Part shown: piece by piece, positions 55,674 through 64,000 of the stretch
Numbering within the stretch: the stretch's first letter is position 1
How the letters are laid out: every line of letters starts with the position of its first letter
DNA from: an uncultured beta proteobacterium
GTDB taxonomy: Bacteria > Pseudomonadota > Gammaproteobacteria > Burkholderiales > Casimicrobiaceae
Direction: 5' to 3'
Assembly: GCA_963749795.1 (NCBI GenBank)
Contig: CAVVOR010000001.1
Span: forward strand, 87,957 to 151,956
DNA length: 64,000 nucleotides
Made by a program: the position numbers and the translations under genes
The notes under the pieces: model-generated
Told to the model about the DNA's origin: nothing
Database searches by the model: none
What the model saw: the letters and a program-made list of their open reading frames with translations, nothing else

Positions 55674-58534
55674 TGGGCGTCACTGAACACGCCGTGCTTG
55701 CTCACACGAAGATCGAGTTCCAGCTCGATGGCCGAATGGTCGAGGCCGCTCCAGGCGAGACCATTCTCCAGGTCGCCGATCGAATGGGCGTGAGTATTCC
55801 GCGACTTTGCTACCTCTCCGGCTACCGACCCGACGGCAACTGCCGGTCCTGCATGGTGGAAATCGACGGTGAGCGCACGCTGGCCCCGAGCTGCTGCCGC
55901 ACGCCCAGCGCCGGGATGAAAGTCCGCGCCACCAGCGAACGCGCCGTCAAGAGCCAGAAGATGGTGCTCGAGATGCTCCTGTCCGACATGCCCGCGGACG
56001 GCTACAAGTGGGTCGGCGACGATCCCACGCGCCAACACGGCGAACTGAGTGACTGGGCAGCGCGTATGGCGATCAACGTTCGACCGGCGCTTGCCGCGAT
56101 CGCACGCACGCAGCCAGCTGCGGATTTGTCGCATCCTGCGATGGCCGTCAACCTGGAGTCGTGCATTCAATGCAATCGTTGCGTGCGCGCCTGTCGCGAA
56201 GAGCAGGTCAACGATGTCATCGGCTATGCGTTCCGTGGCCAGGACAGCGCTATCGTCTTCGACCTTCAGGATCCGATGGGCGAGAGCACCTGCGTGGCCT
56301 GCGGCGAATGTGTCCAGGCGTGTCCCACCGGGGCATTAATGCCCAAGACGCATATTGGATCGCAAGCGGTCGACCGGAAAGTGGATTCAGTGTGTCCGTT
56401 CTGCGGCGTCGGTTGCCAGCTGACCTACAACATCAAGGATGAGGTCATTGTCAGTGTCGACGGACGGGACGGCCCTGCCAATCACAACCGGCTATGCGTC
56501 AAGGGTCGTTTTGGTTTCGACTACGCACATCACCCCCAGCGGCTCACCGTGCCCCTGATTCGCAAGGAGGGCGTTGCGAAGGGTGACGACAACATGCGCG
56601 ATCCGGCCGAGTGGCGCGAGGTCTTCCGGGAGGCAAGCTGGGAAGAAGCGCTCGATCTGGCTGCCGGCAAATTCAGGACGCTCCGCGATGTCCATGGGCT
56701 CAAGACCCTTGCCGGCTTTGGCTCTGCCAAAGGCAGCAACGAAGAGGCGTACCTCTTTCAGAAGTTGGTGCGCACCGGATTCGGCAGCAATAACGTGGAC
56801 CATTGCACCCGGTTGTGTCATGCGTCGAGTGTCGCCGCGTTGCTGGAAGGCGTAGGTTCCGGGGCTGTCAGCAATCAGGTGAACGATGTTGAACATGCCG
56901 GGTTGATTTTCGTCATCGGCTCCAATCCGACCACCAACCATCCGGTGGCGGCGACGTGGATGAAGAATGCCGCGAAACGGGGGACCAAGATTGTGCTGGC
57001 GGATCCGCGGATCACGGACATCGGTCGGCAGGCCTGGCGTACGCTGCAGTTTCGCGCCGACACTGATGTCGCCTTGCTCAACGCGATGATCCACACGGTC
57101 ATCGACGAAGGCCTGGTCGATGCCGACTTCGTTGCGCGGCGCTCCACGAACTTCGAGGCGCTGAAGACCAACGTCGAAGGTTACAGCGCAGAGGCGATGG
57201 CGCCGATCTGCGGTATTCCCGCCGAAACGATTCGCGAAGTGGCCCGCGAGTTCGCCACGAGCAAGGCGTCGATGATCCTATGGGGCATGGGCATCAGTCA
57301 GCATATCCACGGCACCGACAACGCGCGCTGCCTGATCGCTCTGGCCACTGTCACGGGTCAAATCGGCAAGCCCGGCAGCGGACTGCATCCACTTCGCGGC
57401 CAAAACAACGTGCAAGGTGCGAGCGATGCGGGGCTTATCCCAATGATGCTGCCCAACTACCAGCGCGTCGACAACCGTGATGCGCACGCGTGGTTCGAGA
57501 AGTTCTGGAACACGCCGCTCGACGACAAGCCGGGCTATACGGTGGTTGAGATCATGAAAAAGTGTCTCGCGCCGGATACAGATCCGCACAAGATCCGTGG
57601 CATGTACATCATGGGCGAGAACCCCGCAATGAGCGATCCCGACCTCAATCACGCGCGGCATGCCCTTGCCTCGCTCGAGCATCTGGTCGTTCAGGATATC
57701 TTCATGACGGAGACCGCCTGGTACGCGGATGTCGTGCTGCCCGCCAGCGCGTGGCCCGAGAAGACCGGCACTGTGACCAACACCGATCGTATGGTGCAGA
57801 TGGGTCGCCGTGCCCTGACGCCGCCGGGCGACGCCAAGCCGGATCTCTGGATCATCCAGCAGATCGCGCAACGCATGGGCCTTCCCTGGAACTATGAAGG
57901 CCCGGAATGCGGCGTGGCGGCAGTGTATGAGGAAATGCGTCAAGCCATGTCCGCGGTCATCGAAGGCATCACGTGGGAACGGCTCGAGCGTGAATCGAGT
58001 GTCACGTATCCTTGCCTGTCCGAAGACGACCCGGGCCAGCCAACGGTCTTCATCGACGAGTTCCCGACTCGCGACGGCCGCGTCAAGCTGGTTCCCGCGG
58101 ACATCATTCCTGCCGATGAGCGGCCCGATGCACAGTATCCGTTCGTCCTTATTACAGGACGCCAACTGGAACACTGGCATACCGGAAGCATGACGCGGCG
58201 AGCCACGGTACTCGATGCGATCGAGCCCGTAGCCACCGCGTCCTTGAATGGCATTGATATGCGGAAGCTGGGGATCGAGGCGGGCGATGTCATCACCGTG
58301 GCGTCTCGGCGCGGCACGGTTGCGCTGAGTGTGCGGCGCGACGATGGCACGCCTACCGGCGCGGTGTTTATTCCGTTCGCGTACTACGAGGCCGCCGCCA
58401 ATTTGCTGACCAACGCGGCACTGGACCCATTCGGCAAGATCCCGGAGTTCAAGTACTGCGCGGTGGCCGTCACCGCGGGCGGCGACGCCTCCGCGATAAC
58501 CGGTTTCGATCGCAACGCTCAGCCCGTGGAGTGA
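55673..58534 (+). CDS. formate dehydrogenase alpha subunit (bis-MGD, Fe-S)
   Basis: N-terminal 2Fe-2S and 4Fe-4S Cys clusters. CPFCGVGC molybdopterin-oxidoreductase 4Fe-4S motif. 953 aa. ATG shares one base with the beta-subunit stop. Confidence 0.93.
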   Translation: MGVTEHAVLAHTKIEFQLDGRMVEAAPGETILQVADRMGVSIPRLCYLSGYRPDGNCRSCMVEIDGERTLAPSCCRTPSAGMKVRATSERAVKSQKMVLEMLLSDMPADGYKWVGDDPTRQHGELSDWAARMAINVRPALAAIARTQPAADLSHPAMAVNLESCIQCNRCVRACREEQVNDVIGYAFRGQDSAIVFDLQDPMGESTCVACGECVQACPTGALMPKTHIGSQAVDRKVDSVCPFCGVGCQLTYNIKDEVIVSVDGRDGPANHNRLCVKGRFGFDYAHHPQRLTVPLIRKEGVAKGDDNMRDPAEWREVFREASWEEALDLAAGKFRTLRDVHGLKTLAGFGSAKGSNEEAYLFQKLVRTGFGSNNVDHCTRLCHASSVAALLEGVGSGAVSNQVNDVEHAGLIFVIGSNPTTNHPVAATWMKNAAKRGTKIVLADPRITDIGRQAWRTLQFRADTDVALLNAMIHTVIDEGLVDADFVARRSTNFEALKTNVEGYSAEAMAPICGIPAETIREVAREFATSKASMILWGMGISQHIHGTDNARCLIALATVTGQIGKPGSGLHPLRGQNNVQGASDAGLIPMMLPNYQRVDNRDAHAWFEKFWNTPLDDKPGYTVVEIMKKCLAPDTDPHKIRGMYIMGENPAMSDPDLNHARHALASLEHLVVQDIFMTETAWYADVVLPASAWPEKTGTVTNTDRMVQMGRRALTPPGDAKPDLWIIQQIAQRMGLPWNYEGPECGVAAVYEEMRQAMSAVIEGITWERLERESSVTYPCLSEDDPGQPTVFIDEFPTRDGRVKLVPADIIPADERPDAQYPFVLITGRQLEHWHTGSMTRRATVLDAIEPVATASLNGIDMRKLGIEAGDVITVASRRGTVALSVRRDDGTPTGAVFIPFAYYEAAANLLTNAALDPFGKIPEFKYCAVAVTAGGDASAITGFDRNAQPVE

Positions 58535-58545
58535 ATCGGTTAGGC

Positions 58546-59457
58546 ATGGCTACGTTGAAATTCGACGCCTCACTCGCCTTTGAAGCAGCTGAACTGCCAG
58601 CTCTGCCTGGTGCACCACACCTCAGCCATGCCAGGCCCCCGCTTTTGCGTCAGATTGAAGTCGTCGATGAGTTTGGCGAACGCCGCGCCATCGACGTGCC
58701 TGCGGAACGACCGCTAACCGTTTTTGTCGATAAAAACGAGCTCGTCACGCTGATGACGCTCGGTGCATCGTCGGAACTTCTTGTGCTCGGCTATCTGCTC
58801 AACCAGGGCCTTGTCGAAAGAGTGGACGAGGTCGACAGCATCACCGTGGATTGGGAGGTGGAGGCCGCCGCGGTCAAGACGCGCGAGGGCGTGGTTGATT
58901 TTGCGAACAAGACCGCGCGCCGGATCGTGACGACAGGCTGCGGCCAAGGCACGGTCTTCGGCGACACCATGGCCCAGATCGATGCCACGTCGTTGCCGTC
59001 ACCGCATGTAGCTCGCATCGCGCAGAAAACGCTGACGAACATCCTCGATCAAATGCGCTTGCGGCAAAGCGTCCACAAGCAAGCGGGGTCGGTGCATGGC
59101 TGCGCGCTTTTCAAGGGCGAAGACATGCTCGTGTTCGTCGAAGATGTCGGTCGTCACAATGCCATCGACACGATTGCCGGCTGGATGGCAATGCACGGCG
59201 TCGTTGGTGGCGACAAAGTCTTCTACACCACGGGACGGCTGACCAGCGAGATGGTAATGAAGTCGGCGAAGATGGGTGTTCCCATCGTCATCTCGCGCAA
59301 TGGCGTGACGGCCATGGGCCATGAACTCGCGACCAAGCTCGGTATCACGCTTTTCGGGCGCGCCGCAAACCGTCACTTCCTTTGCTACAGCGGCTTCGAC
59401 CGCTTTGATGCGTCACCCGAGGCGAAGCGCGTCGCGGTGTCGGTCACGACGCCTTAG
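58546..59457 (+). CDS. fdhD: formate dehydrogenase accessory sulfurtransferase
   Basis: ..TGCGQGTVFG.., ..SVHGCALF.., ..EDVGRHNAIDT.. motifs. Confidence 0.85.
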   Translation: MATLKFDASLAFEAAELPALPGAPHLSHARPPLLRQIEVVDEFGERRAIDVPAERPLTVFVDKNELVTLMTLGASSELLVLGYLLNQGLVERVDEVDSITVDWEVEAAAVKTREGVVDFANKTARRIVTTGCGQGTVFGDTMAQIDATSLPSPHVARIAQKTLTNILDQMRLRQSVHKQAGSVHGCALFKGEDMLVFVEDVGRHNAIDTIAGWMAMHGVVGGDKVFYTTGRLTSEMVMKSAKMGVPIVISRNGVTAMGHELATKLGITLFGRAANRHFLCYSGFDRFDASPEAKRVAVSVTTP

Positions 59458-59834
59458 CTGGAGCGAATCCGCAGGTCCAGCCTCCCAGCTGTGCTTCGCG
59501 GCACGCGCTAATGGTGTCGGCCTATCGCTATAGCGACAGGGTCGCTCAGTCCGCTCGTAACTACATCCTGACCGTTGGTGTCGTTGAGATTCGCCCGCCG
59601 GATCTTCTTTGGGGGGAAGACCGCTTGGACCGACGCCGGCACGTCCAAAATCTGCGCCGCAGCCGCACGATCCCCCATCGTAGTCGGGAACGCCGGCCCC
59701 TGCGTTCTCATCCGATGTCTCGAAGCCGATGCAGATCGAGTGGTCTTTCAAGCTACTGGCGAGCAGTTCTTTGCGTCGCGTAGCCCGAGGGAGCGCCGCT
59801 ATCCCTTCCCTCGAGTTCAGTACAGGAGCATTTC

Positions 59835-60452
59835 TTGAAATCCATTGGGAATACTGCGGAGAAAGTCACGGCTTTGCATATCGATACCGGCGTGCCCGAC
59901 CGAGCCAACGTCGAAGCTGCTTTCCGGACCATCATCAAATGGATCGGCGATGATCCGGAGCGGGACGGCTTGATCGAAACTCCGGCGCGGGCTGCCCGTG
60001 CTCTCGAGGAGTACTTCGCGGGCTACACCCAGGACGCCGTGTCCATCCTCCAGAAGACTTTCGAGGAAACCGAGGGCTACGACGAAATGATCGTGCTACG
60101 CGGCATCCGTTTCGAAAGTCATTGCGAGCATCACATGGCGCCTATTATCGGTCAGGCGTGGGTAGCCTATGTGCCGAGCAGTCGTGTAGTCGGCATAAGC
60201 AAGCTCGCTCGCGTAGTCGAGGTCTTTGCCAGGCGCCTGCAGATTCAGGAGAGGATGACGGCGCAAATTGCCAACACGGTCAACGACGTGCTCAAGCCCC
60301 GAGGTGTTGGCGTAGTGATAAAGGCGGCGCATCATTGCATGACCACGCGCGGTGTGAACAAGCCCGACACGGACCTCGTCACCAGCCGGATGCTGGGGTG
60401 CTTCCGAACCGATTCGTCGACGCGGCAAGAGTTTCTCGCCATGGTCGAGTGA
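59835..60452 (+). CDS. folE: GTP cyclohydrolase I
   Basis: [11 protein letters not shown] and HHCMTTRGV motifs. TTG start as given by the ORF track; the exact start is uncertain. Confidence 0.85.
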   Translation: MKSIGNTAEKVTALHIDTGVPDRANVEAAFRTIIKWIGDDPERDGLIETPARAARALEEYFAGYTQDAVSILQKTFEETEGYDEMIVLRGIRFESHCEHHMAPIIGQAWVAYVPSSRVVGISKLARVVEVFARRLQIQERMTAQIANTVNDVLKPRGVGVVIKAAHHCMTTRGVNKPDTDLVTSRMLGCFRTDSSTRQEFLAMVE

Positions 60453-60528
60453 GGCAAATGGTGTCGCGTAGATAGGGATCAACTGTCTGGCAGAAGTGAA
60501 TCGATGAACTCGATCGTGGACGGATAAA

Positions 60529-62085
60529 ATGGCTCAAGACCAAACTGAGCGAAGCGGCCCCGATCTGACTCAGGGGATTGCGTTCAACGAGCTCGTCGCC
60601 GTCGGCAAACTGGTCGGTTATGTCGGCGACGAAGAGGTCCTCCTGGTGTGTCGCGGGACCGAGGTGTTCGCCGTGGGCGCCCATTGCACTCACTACCACG
60701 CGCCGCTCGTCGACGGCTTGGTCGTTGGCGATACCGTCCGCTGTCCGTGGCACCACGCTTGTTTCGACCTGCGCACGGGCGATGCGATACGCGCCCCGGC
60801 CTTGAGCCCTATTGCTTGCTGGTCGGTCGAGCAACACGACGGCAAATCTTCGTGCGAAAGAAACGCCAAGAGGCGGCTCCGGTCCCGCGCAGTGGCCCTT
60901 CCCGCAAAGGTCCCGAAAAAATTGTGATTGTCGGCGGCGGTGCAGCCGGTTTTGCCGCGGCCGAGAAGCTCCGGCGTGAGCAATATCAAGGCAGCATCGT
61001 CATGCTGAGCGATGACGATGCTGCGCCGGTCGACCGCCCAAATTTGTCCAAGGACTTTCTCGCCGGCAATGCGCCGGAGGATTGGGTTCCTCTTCGGCCG
61101 GAGAGCTTTTATGTCGAACAGGACATCGACCTCCGCCTCAAGGCGAACGTCACCGGCATCGACGTGAGATCGCGCGAAGTCGGACTCGCCGATGGAAGCA
61201 AAGTGCCTTACGACCGGCTGCTGCTCGCAACCGGCGCTGAACCCGTGAAGTTGTCGATCCCGGGAGCCGACCAGCGACACGTATTCACACTGCGCTCGCT
61301 CGGCGATTGTCGGGCGATCATCGAGCGCGCGAATGACGGCTCGACGTGTTGTCGTGCTCGGGGCCAGCTTTATCGGGCTCGAGGTCGCCGCCGCTTTGCG
61401 CGCTCGCAATCTTGAAGTCCATGTTATCGCTCCGGAAAAACGGCCGATGGAACGCATCCTGGGTGCGCAAATGGGCGACTTCGTTCGTTCACTTCACGAG
61501 GAGCACGGGGTCGTCTTCCATCTGGAGGACACAGCGACCGCCCTCGATGGTGAGCAAGTCAAGCTCAAAGGTGGCGGCACCATTGAAGCGGACCTCGTCG
61601 TCGTCGGCGTCGGTGTGCGTCCTCGCATCCAGATTGCCGAGAAGGCAGGCCTCGGCATTGATCGCGGCGTCAGCGTGAACGCCTATCTCGAAACAAGCGT
61701 GCCTGAGATCTACGCGGCAGGAGACATCGCGCGCTGGCCCGATCCTCACAGCGGTGAGTCCATTCGCGTCGAGCATTGGGTCGTTGCCGAGCGCCAGGGG
61801 CAAGCGGCGGCAATCAACATGCTCGGGAGCCGCGAAAAATTCGCCGACGTCCCTTTTTTCTGGAGTCAGCACTACGACGTCCAGATCAACTATGTCGGCC
61901 ACGCCGAAAAATGGGACGAACTCACGATCGAGGGCGACATCCCTGGCAAAGACTGCCTGCTTCGCTTCAAGCTCGGTCAGCGCACGCTCGCAGTGGCCTC
62001 TATCTTCCGTGACTTGGAAAGCCTACAGGCCGAAGTGACCATGGAGCAGGACGCAGTGGACCGTCAAGCAGCGTCGGGGAAATAA
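60529..62085 (+). pseudogene. Rieske [2Fe-2S] domain fused to an FAD/NAD(P) ferredoxin-reductase-like oxidoreductase, two compensating indels
   Basis: Rieske CTHYHAPL..CPWHHACF. FAD fold KIVIVGGGAAGFAAA. NAD fold RRVVVLGASFIGLEVAA. Breaks at the AAA run 60844-60846 (one A missing) and at GG 61338-61339 (one G extra). Confidence 0.75.
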
Positions 62086-62140
62086 CCTCCCGCAAGCAGG
62101 TCCGATATCGTGCTCGGGACGCGCAAAGCAGCCTCCACGG

Positions 62141-62954
62141 TCAAGGCCTCACGGTCACGCGCAGGAATGTCGCGGGAATGGCGGTCATGTCGTCGCGCGA
62201 ACTCTTGTTCTGTGCTTTGAATAGATCCTCCAGTTGCCTCTGCAGATCCGCAACGCGCCCGTTCTTTTCTGCCGCTTCGAAGGCATTCATGGTCGGCCCG
62301 TAGTAGCTCTTGAACTGTGCCGACAAACTCCGCGGGCGCGCCAGGATAGTTGAAGGTAAAGGTGTCGCGCGCGAAGGATATTTTCTCGGCTGGAATTCCG
62401 GCAGCGACAAAGCGCTCGGTGGCACTGTTCTCGACGCCCCAGGTCATCGGACTGATGAAACCCTCCGGTGGCGGCGGCGTGAACGCAGAGCTGATCTTCA
62501 GGATCTGCGCGACCAGCGTCGGATCGTTGGGGATCCAGTTGCCCATGATGATGCGCCCCCCGGGCCGGGTGACGCGGACCATTTCTTTCGCCACATCGAA
62601 CGGCTTGGGTGCGAACATCGCACCGAAGATGCTTACGAGCAAGTCGAAGCTCCGATCCTGCACGCCTTGCATGTCGGAGGCGTCACCTTCCTCAAACCTG
62701 CAATTGGAGAGACCCAGCGCCTTGGCGCGCTTGTTGCCCGCGGCGACGAGATTGGCTGCGATGTCGACCCCCAGGACGTCGGCGCCGCGTTGCGCTTCAG
62801 GGATAGCGGTGGTTCCGTCACCGCATCCGAGATCCAGCACCTTGAGGCCTTTGGTGATGCCCAACGTCTCGACGAACGCTTCCCCGCTTTCGCGCATGGT
62901 GTCCGCGATGCACGTGAAGTCGCCTTTTTCCCATAGTGCTTTGTTTGGATTCAT
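62141..62954 (-). pseudogene. class I SAM-dependent methyltransferase, one extra base
   Basis: VLDLGCGDGT motif. Start MNPNKALWEKGDF at 62954. Frame break near 62320-62321. C-terminus (..QFKSYYGPTMNAFEAA..) is in ORF 62141..62425. Length is 1 mod 3. Confidence 0.7.
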
Positions 62955-63027
62955 CTCAGGGTTCCTGTCAGGTCGCTTATAGCTGTCCGCCCGCGCAACG
63001 AGCTTGCGCAAAAACTCCGCAAATTGC

Positions 63028-64000
63028 CTAGTGACGATAACCCTTCACGCGAACTTTGAAATCCATCGCCGGGCCAGGCGTCGGGGCGGTTTTGGTCTTG
63101 AGTACGTAGTTGGGCGATTCCAATTCCAGATCGAGCTTGTGGAACACACGAGCCATCGACAGTGCCATCTGCACTTCGGCGAGGCTCTTGCCCAAACAGG
63201 TGTGCGGGCCGCGACCGTAAGGTGAGTATATGCCGGGCTGCAAATGCTCGGCGCGTGGTTTCTTGTAACGGTCGATGTCGAAGGTCTTGGCCTTGGGCCA
63301 GTATTCATCCATGAAGTGCGGCACGCTGGTGCCGATGTAAAGCATTTCGCCCTCATGGATTTGATGCCCTTCGAACACGAAGTCTTTGTTGGCGGTGCGC
63401 ATCTGGGCGACGGCGATCGGGTAGAGGCGCATCGTTTCCATGATCGCGCCGTTGAGTGCGGGCAGCTTCTTGAGCAGACCTTCTTCATCCACTTCGCCTG
63501 CTGAGAACAGCTCATCCACTTCCTTTAGCACGCGCGCTTTGACTTCCGGATACTTGAGTACGGAGTAAACGACGGCGGCGGTGGTGTTGGCGACAGTGTC
63601 CAGGCCCGCAATGTAGGGGCCGGTGAGAGACAGGACAAGGTCGCTCTCGGGCATCATCAAAGGTGTTTCGATGTGCGCGGCCATGATGTCGTCGATCAGG
63701 TTGCGATCTTGCGGCTTGGTCGTCGTGTAACGCGCTTTGGCGTCCTTGATCATCTTGCGGCCAAGCTCCATGACTTTGGCCCTGGCTTTCTTGTATTCGG
63801 GACGTTTCAGCAAAATCTTGGGGCGTTGCCGCGTGACCAATACGTTGAGGATGTAGATGATCGTCGTGCGGATGTCCTTCACATATTCCAAAGGCGCAGC
63901 ACCAGTGAGAATGGTGCCGAGCTGGTCGACGACCATGTATTGCATCGCTTCGACGACACGTACTTCCTTGCCTACGGACCAGTCGCGCGTGAGCGAGCCG
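63028..64000 (-). CDS. cytochrome P450 (5' end outside window)
   Basis: Haem-binding loop FSPYGRGPHTCLGKSLA. ExxR (ETMR). The frame stays open to the window edge. Confidence 0.85.
   Translation of the reverse strand, partial: GSLTRDWSVGKEVRVVEAMQYMVVDQLGTILTGAAPLEYVKDIRTTIIYILNVLVTRQRPKILLKRPEYKKARAKVMELGRKMIKDAKARYTTTKPQDRNLIDDIMAAHIETPLMMPESDLVLSLTGPYIAGLDTVANTTAAVVYSVLKYPEVKARVLKEVDELFSAGEVDEEGLLKKLPALNGAIMETMRLYPIAVAQMRTANKDFVFEGHQIHEGEMLYIGTSVPHFMDEYWPKAKTFDIDRYKKPRAEHLQPGIYSPYGRGPHTCLGKSLAEVQMALSMARVFHKLDLELESPNYVLKTKTAPTPGPAMDFKVRVKGYRH

Noticed and set aside
59458-59834. ORFs 59413..59751 and 59508..59711 between fdhD and folE as gene remnants
   Set aside because: Translations (..KDHSICIGFETSDENAG.., ..GDRAAAAQILDVPASVQ..) gave no recognisable family. 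Only the 13-nt att-core match is reported.

Overview
High-GC proteobacterial chromosome segment. It is probably Burkholderiales-like, an inference from the Bug/TctC-family binding proteins and the uvrC-pgsA-tRNA arrangement. All product calls come from motifs I recognised by eye; no searches were run. The left 5.9 kb is housekeeping: an amine oxidase fragment, a frameshifted hydrolase, UDG, uvrC, pgsA and tRNA-Asn(GTT). From the tRNA-Asn gene rightwards the window is an accessory mosaic. Two extra copies of the tRNA-Asn 3' half (12594-12636 and 16258-16299) divide it into blocks, and a dead lambda-type integrase abuts the third copy. Block contents, left to right: (i) an SDR/TetR pair and a Bug/dehydrogenase/M24-peptidase/NMT1-SBP operon. 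(ii) A decayed sugar ABC transporter. (iii) A secreted Kelch protein, then an 8.6-kb co-directional string: Tat-signal FAH hydrolase, acyl-CoA synthetase pseudogene, Bug pseudogene, cNMP-DUF924-peroxiredoxin fusion, FAD monooxygenase, aryl-AMP ligase. (iv) A MEDS-AraC regulator with a secreted catalase-like haem protein and a TIGR03118-like protein, then PaoABC-like aldehyde oxidoreductase. (v) An unannotated 55-aa SmtA-like metallothionein, a PLD lipoprotein, and a YAPQG-repeat protein. (vi) tupBCA plus a translationally coupled membrane protein, then a kaiC-kaiB-histidine kinase-NarL regulator module. (vii) A katE stress operon, a two-subunit NAD-type formate dehydrogenase with fdhD, folE, a Rieske-FAD reductase, a methyltransferase and a P450. 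A striking technical or biological pattern: nine otherwise intact genes are each exactly one base too long. A second set carries multiple lesions or in-frame stops and looks genuinely decayed. I see no CRISPR array, rRNA or intact mobile element.
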